Positions 47,101 to 61,765 of a stretch of DNA of 64,000 nucleotides are shown in pieces. This DNA comes from Balanoglossus misakiensis (taxonomy: Eukaryota; Animalia; Hemichordata): NCBI GenBank assembly GCA_040954595.2, contig CM082580.2, forward strand, positions 7,294,390-7,358,389, read 5' to 3'. Position numbers and translations under genes: made by a program. The notes under the pieces were generated by a model that saw nothing but the letters and a program-made list of their open reading frames with translations, did not search any database and had not been told where the DNA came from. Each line of letters begins with the position of its first letter. Positions within the stretch are counted from its first letter, which is position 1.

Positions 47101-49968
47101 CGCGCTATTACCTAATATCTCCATTTCATATCGCGCTATCGCTTGCCGAGCGATACCCAGAGGCGCATAATTATGGATATGAAGACCAGGAGAGCTCCAG
47201 TGGATCGTATGCTGAGAATAATTTGAAATTGACTTCGCTGGATTTCACCACTGAAAATAATTACACAGTCTTCAAGTGGAGGAGCAAATAGTACAGAGGG
47301 GGGGGGGGGTCTTTTTTCAGGTAAATAAATCGTTGTTTATAATAGGAAGTGGCAAAGATAACGAAAGTAGGTTTGCAAGTGGCTTTCTAATTTCATCTCT
47401 CTTGACTTTATGATTAAGGATAAACCAGCATGACACACGTCTTTCCATTAGGAGTGTTTCCGCTCAACTTCATACAAGTTTACGCCATTACTAGTTGGCC
47501 ATTGGCAGGATATTACTCTTTTGTAAAATCTGTATATGCCACAACATGCAGTATTAGTACATTGTAAAAATTACTTTCTGCTGAAACGTAAAAAAAAAAT
47601 ATGCGCACGGCAAAATAAAAATGAGATTTACAGCTTCGCAAATCGTCAAATTTATTCAGTATATTGATGGATATTTTTTCATAAAACCAAAATGCTTGCA
47701 ATAAAAATGTGTTGCTTGGAATAATTCTCAACAATCCCTAGGGGACCGAATTCTATTCATATCATGTAAACTTCCTGACATGGACAATTCCACCATGTAT
47801 GGCAATGGACTCATTTTTATTTGGGCACTAAGGTGACCTGTAGCACTGGATCTGAAGTAGAGATGAGCTCGGTCTATAATTCACCTCGCGGCGAGAACCA
47901 GCTCACACGAACACAAGGACAAGACAATAAGGTATCAACGGAAGAAGCCAGTCCCTGCGGTACACGAACATCAGATTTTTATAATCTGATTGCAGAACCG
48001 ACTCATTCCCATCTTTTAGTGAAGCGCCAAAACAACGGGTCCCCGGATTCCACGGAATTTTCCCTCGCACACCTTGGAGATTTCCTAATGGGTGACACAT
48101 AAATCAGGATCTCAGGCCAAGCTATTTTTGGCCGATAATCCGGGGTGTAAATTACACTGCCATATATAACCTATAAATCTCTCTTACAAGCCGAACCGGG
48201 GGAATACAGTCAACTGCACTGTGTGGCAACAGATTATTAAGGCTTCTCGTCGACGTTGAAACCATGAAATTGCACTGTATCTGCATCTGTAATCAAGCGA
48301 CACAATGCACTCTGCCTCCAGCTGTGACTGTTAGAAAATATTACGGTACAGCGAAAAATAAATTACTTTTTTAAACCCCGTATTTCAATTTTAATAATGA
48401 TGTGATGTTATTTTCACCAGTGGTTTTGCTGAGCGCACTATATGCAATGTATTGCTGTTAGTGTAGGAAATAACGCAAAGCTATTCTTGAAACAAAAATG
48501 GAAACACTACAGCTAGCAAATGTCTAAAAAGAAAGACTTTTACAACTTTCACTTTCCTGTACTTGAGTCTCAGGTAACTTCTACCCATACATGTACAATT
48601 TTCAATGAGCATTAAGAAAGTTTGAAAGTATACGTAGTATTCTTTTTGTACTTTACATAAATATTTTCATCTCTCCATTCAAAAGAAGTCAATATTTCTC
48701 ATATGGAACAAGTACAGAGACGTTCGAATATTTTTTGAATGGTCTGTTGAAGGTTATTCACAAAAAACGCATGCCAACTTAGAACTAGTACACCAGACAT
48801 AAGCAAGGTGGAGTGTCCCAAGAGATGCTTGAATTCTACTGCACACGGTTGTCCCCTCAGGACGTTCGCTTGTTGAGATGCCTCTACAATTATCGAAAAT
48901 TAACTTTGTTAGTCAGAAAACATGATTCTCCGAGACTTTACTCCAATGCCAACATGGTTCACAGAACAGGCACTTTTGCCAAAAGCAAAAAAAAAAAAAA
49001 CGCTGACTGGAAGCAAGGTAGACGGATTGGTTGAAGTACAACGCTATACGCATATACTTTTAATTTCCTTTTCAAATCATGTGATATTTATTTTACAATT
49101 TTTTGCTGCTGTTTTTCAAAAACTTATTTTAATTATTTAAATCTATTATTGAAACAAAACAAAACAGGACATAATTTACACTGCATATGCCAAATCTGTG
49201 GAAATGATTACAATAGCTAAACACATCGCATTATGCTTTCCTGTAAGTGGAGCTGCTATTTGTACTAGCCATACCAGCCAGGGCCTAAATTTAGCAAGAA
49301 ATGGACTTCGATTGCTACATACGTGATCTGCAAGATACGAGTGAGTCTGCAAATACTGATGCTATCACACTGGCTTGCTCGATCAATATATAGTGCAGCT
49401 GACCTATGTTTTTTTGTCTGATATCAGATGATGATATAAAACTACACCGGTTGTAAGCGCAGCCAACCACAAGGCGACAATTTTGAGATGTATCTCAAAA
49501 CAGGATATTCACAACAAAAGAACCATACTCGTCTTGGTACGAACAAAAGAGATATGTTTTAAAAACTTTTTTTCGCCCAGGTAGCGATTGATGATGGTAT
49601 TCATCATGGGAATTAAATTGTCCCATTAAATAACACTCATTTCAAAATTATTCAATGTGCAGTTGGATAACTATTTGAAGAAACAGAATTTTTACGAGAC
49701 TACAGACGTCTAATAGCTACTACTTTATATTCATTTACCATGTAATTACTTAAAGTATGATCGTGATGTTTTCAGGATGATGATATTGGAGAAAGGCAAT
49801 GATGACAGACAAATCAGTGACAGTCAGTCTCAATACGTGCGTTTGATTGGGATTGGTGTATTGTGTAAAGCAGTACATCTCGCAAAATTTCAAAACCAGG
49901 AAAAAGAAGTGGTAATTCTCTTATACTTAAATCAAAGCAGAAACACTTAAAAATCATTACAATTAATA

Positions 49969-50195
49969 CCCCCAGGACATTTCATTTCCCCCACCCACCA
50001 GTCAGGGGCTGAGGTTTCGGGAAGTGTCTGCTGGGAACATGTCTAGGGGGTAGCTGTCCATTCGACTGGTATCAGAACAGGGCACCCCCTGCAATTTACC
50101 ACCCAGACATGTCCCACCTACCAGTCACAGCTAATGTTGGGATCGGAGTAAGCATCCGGTGGATAACTATCCAGGGGGTGATCATCCTAGAACCT
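49969..50195. repeat. Degraded DNA-transposon-like repeat with GGACA/TGTCC and poly-C/poly-G subterminal motifs
   Basis: CCCCCAGGACA, GGGGGTAGCTGTCC, GGATAACTATCC, GGGGGTGATCATCCTAGAACC; family not identified. Confidence 0.35.
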
Positions 50196-50893
50196 TAGTG
50201 GGAGTTAGATTTGGTGATGTCATATTGCACATGAAAAATGCAAACATTTTCCTAATACTTTTCTTTATGTGTCTAAATTACCAGTCATATATGTCTTCCT
50301 CCTTTCCAGGTGATATTTTTAGGACAAAACTTCGGAGAGAAATCTCTGATATAAACAGGAAGAGAAAAACTGAAAACAAATCAATTATGGATATCTGAGA
50401 TTGTCCGTTATCATCCGCATGAGGCCATTGATTTCTCAATGAAACCCTTTGGCAAGATTTGTTGTGTATCGGCCAGGATGAGGATTGAATATTGTGAGCA
50501 TTAGGAGGAAAATAAAAACTCTTCATTCTTGAAATCTCCCCTCGTGGCTGCTAAATTTACCGTCACTGATCTGAGCCTGATCAAAAAATCTACATTATTG
50601 AAAACATATCTTAAATAAAAAAATAATGAAAAAAGTAAATATGTGCCATTAATTATGAAATAACAAGACATGACAGTAATTCTTTTTTTCCAGGATTAAT
50701 CTTCATCTTTGATGCATTACTGTATGATTCTAGCCTTATACCTCTTTTACTACACGAGCAGTTATTATCAAGACCTGGCCTCATTAACATTTAATTGTTG
50801 CCACTCTAAATCATTCCTGTGACATGAATTTAAAGAAATGTTACATGGCACCTATTGAGCTCTGCGTCTGCCACTAGTAAAGTATTATTAAAG

Positions 50894-51005
50894 GGAGAGA
50901 GAGAAAGAGAGAGAGACAGAGGGAGACAGAGACAGACAAATAGACGGGCAGGCAAACAGACAGACAGACAGACTTACTGACTGACTGACACCGACAGAGA
51001 AAGAC
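50894..51005. repeat. Compound (GA)/(GACA) simple repeat
   Basis: Visible low-complexity run. Confidence 0.85.
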
Positions 51006-51726
51006 GGTCACAAAGACACATTGAGGCAAACATTGGCACAACTGCCATTTCGATTTTGCAGATGCATAATACGGTAGATCTAATAAATAAGATAGATTTC
51101 CTAGAAAGGGTTCAATTTTTGGTCTGTTTTCAGTTATTCCTGTGCTAGTCAACTGCTATCTGTTCATAATCTTGATTCAGAATGGCTGTATCATATTGAG
51201 TTTTACTCACATCTGTCCGCAGCTGTGATAGATTTTTTTTTCACTAAATGTTTATTCTCACAAGAACTTTTTACAGCTCAGAAAAACTACATCATTTATT
51301 GTTACATCAATCATCATCTATATTGCTATATATCAACAAGCAGATGGTAACAGATATTGAATTCTAGGATGTTTTAAAAAAGAGATTATCGAAAAACTAA
51401 CACAAGACAGGGTTAAATGCCATGATGTACCGGTCGGTACATGAACGTGCAAAACCAATGCATGAATATAGTACTCTGTCAAACTTCTTTTGCAATTTGC
51501 AATTGCGCATAAGTACACCTGTTTTATTCAATGACACGGTCAATCAATTACAGCTATCGCATGTCAAGCCAGTCTAATCACTGTCTCATTTGACCGAAAG
51601 CTGTCAGAATCTCATCTTAAGCATCAGCTGTTGCACAGCTTCAAACTACCAGGAAAGTGTAACCAGATGGCTTGTTTATTCCTTCTTCAAAGTGGAAAGA
51701 CAAGCACTTCAACAACAGCCCATTGT

Positions 51727-51820
51727 TTAACCCTTTCACCCCCGGTTTCCTCTCTAGAGGTCCCACCAATACCATGGGAAACAATGGTTTTGGACTGAAC
51801 CATGGTGGTGAAAGGGTTGA
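51727..51820 (-). mobile_element. piggyBac-like ~90 bp MITE, copy 3 (inverted)
   Basis: TTAA-CCCTTTCACCCCC...CTGAACCATGGTGGTGAAAGGG-TTGA is the reverse complement of copies 1 and 2. Confidence 0.8.
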
Positions 51821-54800
51821 CCAGCTGGATGGAATAATAAGAACGTACAATTTTTCGTTCAAAGAAATCTTGCCAGTGGATTTTATGAAATGAGCGAAAA
51901 AGGGTTTTTGCCAGAATTCATAAATGTATGGTCATGTGACCTTTGTGTAAATAAATGTCAACAAACCCATGCAGCAGATATGTCATGGATGTTTACAAGG
52001 AATGTGAGTAAGTAGTTATTGTTGTTAATAAAGGTTTACAGTTACAAATACAGTTCATATTTGCTTTCTTTGTAGAAAGGAACAATGATCTGAAGGCAGG
52101 CTTGATATATGCTCCCCCCCCCCCCTCCCCCAAATAAAATAGGACTAGAAGGGGAATCTGTCACACCAGGGGAAAACATATTAAAAGTGTGAGATGCTAT
52201 GAATCAACAGGAAGCAGTGTTGAAAGGCTTGGATCATGTGTGTTTGTAGTGTCAACAAGTAATTTATATTAGGTGATTGGGAGGGCAGGACAAGTGCACC
52301 ACTGTTATTACACTATTACATCGCAAAGTAAACACTGAAATCTGTTCGCCATTCTACAGTAGCACTCCTAGTCTAATGCTTCACTCCCCGGTCTGCGTCT
52401 AATTGAAATATTTTGCTAAAATAAACCTGTTTAGCCAAACATCTGCTTTTTTGAAGCGGAATAGCTTTGGTTAATAGAGTTCTGATTGGAATTAGGGTTA
52501 TAAGTTTGAGCGGTGCAGACTGTGGAGCCTTCAACACACAACCTTTTTATGCAGTGACACGACCTTCCACGCATATCCACGCAGGCTCTGTTTGTAAGTG
52601 ATGGTACTCCCTCTGGAAATTGCCGGTGACTTCTGAGCAATTGTTCTAGTGCCATCTTCGTTATTGCAGTAATTCTTAAAGGCAAAGTCATTAAGAGGAA
52701 ATTTTATTGATGTCTTTCAGTGATAATCTGTTTTTTTTTTATTTTTAAAAAAGACTTGTTTCAATGATGCTTCATAATATCTTGGCCAAGTACTTCATGC
52801 CGAAGTATTTTGAAATGCCAAGTATTTATAGTCTGGCCGCACAGCCTGCATGTTATGATACAGCCAGTGTTGTTATTGTTGAAAATTAAGTTTTAGTCCA
52901 GACTAAAATTTAATTAAAATTGTATCCCCACTGGGCTCTTGGCCACGAAAATTGAATACCGGTACCACACATATGCTAGGCACTTTGGCCCTGACAAGAC
53001 CAAGATCAATGCAGCTCAACACATAACAGCAGAAATTAACTATTTCACTCTGCGCAAGACATTGCAACCATATTTTCACAGTATGTCTGTATAAAAAGGT
53101 CATTGGCATTTTTGATTAAAGATGATAAATATTTTCTTCACTGATTCTGCAAATATCCAATAGAAATATATATACATCGACTCTTCTTTTATATGAAGGT
53201 CAAGTCACGGTCTCCTATGTGGATATAAATACGGCCCTGCCGACATACCAGAACAGTGAAAGAGTGCACAGACCAGACACTTGCTAATTAATTTCAGAAG
53301 GAGAGCACAGGTTTCTTCAAGGCTGCGGCAACATGAGAAGTTACTGAATTAACGTTATTCCAATAAACATTCAAACGTCACTGCACTGTCTTTCAATGAG
53401 AGGCTTCAGCCTGGATGTCGTGGGGATAACCATATTACCCGCAGGGTGAAATTAAGGTGCTGTGGGTTTTTTTGTGTGTGTGTGTGCGGTAAGATATGCT
53501 ATATTTGGAAAGCAAGAGGCACGACTCATTCTCAAGGGTTGGAATTAGACGCTTGAAGCAGGAGCTAGGAAACCCTATCCAGTTTAACATTTAGGAACAA
53601 TTACCACGCAAATGTATAGTCGTGGGGCGTTTCTTCAACCAGAGCAGGACTTATAGCTTTTAGCCATCGTACATCAGATATATGCCTCAATTTGAATAGA
53701 AATTGGGTTTTCAGAACTCTCTCTACTTAGTGATGTCATCTTCTGCGCTGAAATTCTCCACTGATGACGTCAATTCCCGCAAGGTTGCAGCTCAGTTTAG
53801 ACACCCAGTGAAGATGCAGTGTGGTTGCTAGGAGACCGGTCAGATGGTGGGCATGGGCCTTAGTAGATCTATAAGGCCTCCTTCAGAATAGTAATCTCCA
53901 GTCTTCTTTGTACACGGTGTGTAAGATTTCTGACTCTGGGATAATTCTTATTAACCAGCCTGAGTTTGTATTTCAGAGATCAAATGCAACCCTTTGTGAA
54001 TGTTTCAGTGTCACTCTAGAGAATTATAACTACAAAACAGATTCCAATGATACACTGCCCTCTACAGTGCCCTATTGGACTGACTCAGAGAAAGCTCTGT
54101 CTTGGAGTACAGTGTACATGCAAGAAACCAAGGTGTTTCCCGAACCACTGATATATATATGTGTTCCCCCGTTTTACTTTAAGGTTTCCAGAAATACCAC
54201 ATCGCACTAATAAAACTTGAAACTGCTCTTTGTTATTAATCAGCCAATTGTCAAAGACAAATTTCTTAATGACTAGCAATGTCGCTGAATATCCGATGAT
54301 TGGAGATAGTAGAACGTGGTGTAAACAAGATGGCCGCACGCCCTCGGTCACAGCTACTATGGCAACAACAAGGGATAATGCTAATCATGTGTCTTCAACA
54401 CATAATAGCGACTCAGGTATTTGTGTTCTTAGATGCACTGCCCTTTTGATCATCACGTTTCACTGCGGGTTGGACAATACGCTAAATTACTAATCTCCAC
54501 GTGCATACACTATACTTTCTTTTCATAACAATCTTACAATCACCAGAAGCATGCAGGTCCATAGATTGTTTTTTTCATCCGTAGCAAAAATAGCCCTACT
54601 TTTTACTCTGGGCTGTACTTACTATGTTATAAAAAGTAACAAATAATTTTAACGTTTAAAAATAATGGGAAAAAATTAAACACAGAAGTATGATTTCAAA
54701 GAGACTATAGCTTTCCATCTAGTTTGACAATCAGTCACAATGCCCTATTGTTCAAAGATTAACAAAAATCAAGATTTTTTTTATGGATTTTCACATCCTC

Positions 54801-57800
54801 TTGTTAAGACGACAGTGTACACTTGTTGATTACATAGACTGTTGACCTTGAAAGTATTTTTCAAAAATACTTTACGAAGGTAATAAATCATACGGTTATG
54901 ATAGGACTGTTAACGTTATTAGAGTATTTAGTCTTAAATTTGGATTTATGTTTTTTTGCTGATCATACATACATGTAATGGTTAACACTGTAGGAAAGAG
55001 TAATATTTCTAAAAATTACTTTATGATTTGTCAGCATTTTTCGTTGTTGATTCATGAATCAATCGCGACCGCGTTTATGATACTGAAGAAACATACAGGC
55101 GGAATTCAACGTTCATAAAACTGCTGTTCGTATCAGAAAAAATCCATATCAAGAATGATTCAGTAAGATTACACCAAAATCGTATAAAAAGAGTTTTTCA
55201 ATGAAAGAATCAGTGTTTCAGTTTGAAGAAATTGATATTCATACAGTGAATACCAGTTCACCTGCCATGAATTCTCAACACAGACAGAAGAAAATTTCTT
55301 GTCCCACTGAAAGAAACTTCAATTTAAAACGCTCTGCTAAATGAGTAGAAAATTGCAGAGGGTAAAGAGACTGCTGGCGAATCTTTCTGGAGCAGACATT
55401 TTTTCTTTTCATTCCTCCATCTCAGATCTGCACCTGAAATGGAAATGCCATCCTAATGGCCAGCCCAGAATGTTATTAATAATACATCGGGATTGAACTG
55501 GGATGACCCTCTCATTGCCGCACCGTGGGGAATCTCGCGGCAAACCCGCCACAAATCACTTCATTACTCCTGAATGAAGGGAAATTTAATCAGCCTAACT
55601 GGCAAAGGGGGTAAAAGGTTTATTATTACAGACAAAATTGGATTGTCTGCATTACAGAAAGGATGTGATGAAAATTCTTATGAACAGAAATTGATAACCC
55701 ACCCCGGTCGTCAGAGGGAATATTTTCATCCTGCATGACCAGTCGACTCTCAACGCTTCGATTATCACCAGGCTTTCTAAATTTCACGACATGGAGCTGT
55801 TTAATAGCGAAAGAAAGTTTTCAGAAACCCAGTAATCCGATTACAAAACTGCACGAAAACCGTGAAGGGGAGATTTACCATTTTTATCAAATTCCAGCTC
55901 ACAGATCAGATTAGAGTTTAGACTTCTCAATCGACGGCTTAGATGAGTTGCCCATCAGCTATACTCTGATATGCTTTGTCCGACAAAGAAGTATAAAAAA
56001 AATCTGCCACACTCTCAAGAAATGTTATTCTGAACACAATCACAGGATTTGCACACAACTCAGTAAATGCTTTAAGAAGCTGGGAGCTCGAATTGAGTAT
56101 AATGAAATCTATCATTTATCTTTTTCTTCACACTTGGTAACAGGCGAACAAGATTAAAATCCATTTTCTTGCGACACTAGCATTATTGAAAAGCAGAAAT
56201 TCATCAATGCTGTATGCAATGCAAACATGATGTGGAAAAGTACCTTTATATGAAAACACCCTGCAGTTAATTTTTCACACATTTTGCCATTTCCCTAGCT
56301 ACTTTCAAGAATTATTTGTGTGTGTGTGTGTGTGCAGTACGTACAACAATTCTACAGTCTCCAAGACACTCTAATGTCAATGCACACAGACAAACCAGTC
56401 TCTGTCGCACGACATCCCTCAGCGGCAGGCAACTGCTACTGTGCACTATTAAAGGGCGATCGATTGAAACATGGGAGCTCAAAGGTAGAAGAAGAAAAAA
56501 AAGTATTTGACATCGCTGAAGTATTTCAATAATGCGAACTTTACATCACGCAGTGTCACAGTTTGGATAATGGGCCTTGTAAGCCTTGATCCTTTTGGCC
56601 TACATATCATGAGTCACTCGGCAGATGTGGACATAACAGTTACCTGTGGAGACCAGACAGTGAATATTCCGACGTGGGAAAAGATCTTGCACTGTTGCAG
56701 GCTCCCTCAATTATATCATCAAGGACAAATGCATGGATGGCACCACACTTCTGCTGTTGCTTGCTTACAGAAATATGATCATTGTGCTGACGAAACATTA
56801 TTTATTTTTTGGCAATTTTGAGATTCCCAGGTAATGTTACAGCTCTCCAATCAGCCTCCATACAAACAGTATGCAGCTATCACCAAGAGATGATAAACTG
56901 AACATCACCACACTTCGTGTCATTTTATGAAAACAAAACTTGCCACCAGAGCACTGGGTTTGACTATGAACAACTGTCATCAGCATTGACAGGTCCCCTG
57001 AGAATTATGAACATGTCATTTATGTATCGGAAAACACACACATGCATGCAGTACATACCGGTACTGTATGCACTACAGTACCAGCTTTTTTGGAAATAAA
57101 GAGTTGAAGGCAGTCAAAAACAAACGAAAGTCAAGGGTTCTGGCTATAATCATGGTGGGTATAATTATTATGAGAAAGAACATGAGGCTTCTTTCATGGT
57201 CTAGTAATTTGCATTCTGGCTAAAACGAGTATCACTTTCAGTTTGTAAATGGTGCCCTTCAGTGAAATATTTATTATAAAAAGACATTAAATGCATTCAC
57301 TTATTTTTACAGGATATACTCTTTTCAGAATTCAATAGGATATTTCACCAGTTACAATAATCATCACATCTACAGTCTTTTCAGTATAGACACTGCCAAA
57401 TGTTTGATCTCTCAACTCAGTGCACAATGAGGCAGTGTATACAGACGGTTTACTGAACTACTCAGACAACTGTGCTAGGTAACCATGGTTACCACCCTGG
57501 CAACCATTACCATCGCGAGGCACGTTTATGACATGACTGCATGATGTGCACAAAGAAATTTTACTTAGTGGTAGAATCTTCAGTACATATTAATGCACAC
57601 AGAAACGTAATTTTATACATTGTACCAGTCACGGACAGAATGTCGAAAATGAAGTGCTATGTACGTTGGTGTTATCAATCATGCTGAACAGATGTGTCTC
57701 AGTTGTGAGTTGTATAGTTTTCTGAACAAACAATATGGAAAACACTACCGGTATCATGTGCTACCTGACAGACTGCACTTCTCCGCAATATTTACTTTGA

Positions 57801-60800
57801 AGTAGGAAGTAATTTTTGGTCTCCGTTTAGAAGTAGGTTACTTTTCCATGATTTGCATGAAATCATAAAGCATGAGATTTAGAAGCGGGTCATTAATTCT
57901 AACAGTTTGGATTTGAAGCACGTAGAATTTCAGTCAGAGGGTGACTGCAGACCTAATATCCAAAATTCACTGAAGTAGCTCAGCGTGCTGATCTTGTCTT
58001 TCTATTGTGTACAGTTCTTGTGAGTCAGTACACAACAATCGCCCAAGATGTGCACGTTGGACGACTTTGTTGCCTTAAGAAAATAGATCAAATTAGATTT
58101 ACTTGAAATACACATCTGGTAATTGTGTGTACAATACGAGGGACGGATCGAGATTTGGTCGATGAAGTAGCAGGTATGAGCCATACTCAATTCTGGGGAA
58201 TCAGTCGTCGATGTTTTTTTTTCTTTTTTTCGAGGCAACTCGTAAAGGTCAGAGTAGATTGGTTAGTGTGTACTCAACGCTGATTGGTTCTAACCTGGTA
58301 AATGGAGATGGCCATATATAGCCTGCAGAAACAGTAAACTTTACGACAGACGAAAGCTCAGGTTTCAACAAATGCCTTCTGTTTGTCACATTTTACGAGA
58401 AGTACAGGTGCTTCGAACTGTAGTTGTTTTGATGAAATTTCTTGAAAGCTTCTTACGTAATTCTGGCATGTTCTTTTATTATTGCTGCTGTACGTACCGG
58501 ATCACTCAATCTTCAATGGTAGCTGGAATTGAGCGATTGACTTTTCCAGGATTGACTTTTCCCGATCTGCTATTAAAGGTTGACACACTTTCAACATGCC
58601 ATGAGTCAATATACCCGTCTGTGCATACAAAGACGCTATTTTTGGCACAGACAGCACAAAAAGAATCATCGCATGATTAAATGAAAGATACTGCTCCTAT
58701 ACTTTTTTATTCTAAAGCAGGAGACTTAAATTGCCTGGAAAGGCTTCATTAGACTAATTGCTGCCTCGCGCACACTGCAGCGGTGAAAATGGTACGGATT
58801 AGACGCAATTAATCTTTTAAAAGTGTGCAAAGTGGGTAGGTAACAAGCGCACAATTCTCAGCATGGCGGCGTTTGGAGAATTCAAATGGTGGAGACTGCT
58901 CGAGGTTTGTTAGAACTGTCACCCCTTCAAGACTTGCAGCATTGGCATGGTAAATTTTCGCGGTATGTGCAGAAATGACTATTTCGCAACGGTTAATTTT
59001 CATGTTCTCTTATTTCACTAACTGCGTTGTCAAAATTTGTGACTTCTTATTTTCGCATTTGTCTGGCTCTCGCAAAGTTCGTGAAAATTTATTGTTTGCA
59101 AAAAAAAAGTTTCCTCCTAATGAATATCTGAAATAAATATCCTTTATTGAACAGTTTGGTTCTCATTGTAATGTTTCTCCCTATCTGATTTGAGTTGCTA
59201 TATGAACCATGAATGTGTCATCGGCTTAGTACAAAGCAAAGGTACTAACGTTCTGCATTAACTGCAGGTAGATGATAGCGATAATTATGATGCAAAGTGC
59301 ATTTTCAGAGAAAGATGTCTCCTTAAAACTTCAACAAGTTTACTTTTCAAGCCGTGCTTTGAGAGTATGACTTTCACATTACACAAGTGGCAATTTCGCA
59401 GTCATATTGTACAAAGTCACCGAAAAAGAGTCAACAAGGCCAACACGCGCAAAAACAGCTTTTTAGCACCTTTTCTGTGTCACACTTGATGCCGGAATCA
59501 ACGCCAATGATAGAAAAAAGCATTAGACGTTTCTCCAGATCATCCATCCACTGCATGTCCCGAGAATTGAGATCTCGTTCATGAGAAAAGCTTTTTACTC
59601 CTCCAGTCTGTTTATATTTCCCTTGACATTTCAATTTTCCCTGGAAAACCTGTAGAGAAGTCTTGAAGTGTCTATATTTCCACTCCCCTGGAGGCTTGAA
59701 CAGTGCGCTGACATGTTTTCGACATCCGGTGGAACTGACGTGAAGATCTCTTTGTCAGTGGCAGCGGACGTTCTTCTGCTCGTCTCTCACGGGTACCCCG
59801 TTACATCGGAGACGCGAGTTCAATTTTCTGCCGCGTTTGCCGCGGTAATGGCCTCTGCGCGCTCGGGCAAGAGTTTTCTCTTTGACGGACATGATTGATT
59901 TCTGTAGCCTTCCACGAGAGCGGAGAAAAATTGAACAAGCCACTCGTTAATGCTATCACCTGCGACTTCACTCGCCGGCCGAAAATCTATTACCGTCAAC
60001 CACGTATGCCTGAGTGTTTTGAGCCAAACACGTTTTCGCAGATTGATAACACACTGAAGTCGGATACATTTGCAAGCCAGTTTCGTGTCAAGTGTATACA
60101 CGGCACTAGGCCAGCATATTTGCAAGTTAATGACTGTGCAAAAGTTGATTTTGCCAAAGAGAGCATGAAGCCATTACTGATAACCTTTGACACTCCGCCG
60201 AGCACATTGAGATTGGCACATGTGTGAAGGCGCGACAGCACTGTTGAAGAAATCTGCCAATGCAAGCGTAGTTTATTTTTTGCCTTAGAATAACTTAAAG
60301 TAGCCATGTCTCATTACTTTGACTGTTGAAACACCGACTTTCATAGCTAGAATCTGTCACGTGTTATTTTATTAAATGCTGAAGGAAAAAAAAGCACAGC
60401 CAAGAAAAATCGCAGGATACTAGATAAAGCCTTCCATCACTGACAGCAATTAAATTTACTCATACTAATACAGCCACCGACAGAAACACAGACTAATTCG
60501 TTCTTTCCTTGGATGTCCAGAATTGTCACGGAATTAAGCATTTATATTTTCGCACTGAAAACAATTAATGTTCTGAGTGGATTGACGTCAGTGCACTGTT
60601 ATTTTCGCCGGCTTCCACAGAGCGATGGAACTACGCTGGATGTTTGTGAATTAAAAAGGAAAGCCCATGCTGACAGACACACACACACTTATCCGTCATG
60701 AGCCGACTTAAGGGTCACCGAGGTCTGGACTGCGCTTCGCTGCTAAGATTAAAGAAAGGAACAAACTTCCTACAGCTACATGTGTTGCTGTTTGAACTGA

Positions 60801-61659
60801 AGGGCATCCAAAGTCAGTATCCTTTTTTTTCAAAATTATAATTCATGTGCATACCCAATTGTGAAGCTATGATGGTTAGTTGGTTGGTTGGCTGGTCTGT
60901 TCCACAAAAATGTACTTCATGAAGTTTACAGTTTAATTATCATTCTATATCATCTGAATTTCTGAATTGTCTTTCCATTTATTCTTTCTGTCATATGGAA
61001 CCGTGTCATAGAGGTCAATGACCTTGCAAGCATGTAGAAAGTGTGGCTATGTTGATATAAAGCTAAACTCTCCAGGTATCATCATGCTTGTAGATTTAGA
61101 GGGCACACTCAGAGCCAAGGTACATGTATTATATCATTTGTATATTTCCAAGGTGCATGTACCAGAAGAAACAACTACTGACGTCTTCATTCCTGAAATT
61201 ATCTAAATTAGTAACGTAATACCAGTTGGGTGATACAACATGTACCTCTACACAAGTCTGTTTCTTATCGCTGGTTTCCATTTTAATTATTGCTGTGCAC
61301 CACTCTCAGCGTTTTGCTCTAAGGATGCGTATAAAATTACAGACAAAATGTAATATTGTCCCAGTTCTTTTCGGTGAAGTGATTAAGCGCCAGAATGTTT
61401 AGAAACTGAGCAGCAATTACATTCCCTGGCAAATAAGACTCTAATTCATGAAGAGTAGTTCTGCAACCCACGCATCTCCCAGCTCAGACAACCTGGATTG
61501 TTCTGATGGCAAAGGACACTTGACACAACAGTAAACTTTGGTAGAGAAGTGGTTTATTTTTCTTTGATGGTCATTGGTTGAAAGTTCATCTATATTAATT
61601 TGCATATCTGTGATTTGCATATTGGTAATTTACATGTCGACCTAAGGCAATAGCTCAAT

Positions 61660-61765
61660 GCTGTCTGTCTGTCTTGCTCTGTCTGTCTGTGTGTCTCTCT
61701 CTCTTTCTCTCCCCTCTCTCTACCCCCCTCCCTCCCCCCTCTCTCTCTCTCTCTCTGAGACAGAC
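61660..61765. repeat. Compound (TGTC)/(CT) simple repeat
   Basis: Visible low-complexity run. Confidence 0.85.

Noticed and set aside
58945-59100. TTTTCGC-rich stretch resembling a Tc/pogo-type MITE remnant (similar texture at 47570-47720 and 9970-10095)
   Set aside because: No definable TIRs or TSD; boundaries unsupported
59630-60125. Long minus-strand frame interrupted only by TGA codons (selenoprotein or read-through idea)
   Set aside because: No recognisable selenoprotein family, ATG start or SECIS; TGA stops are expected in GC-rich DNA
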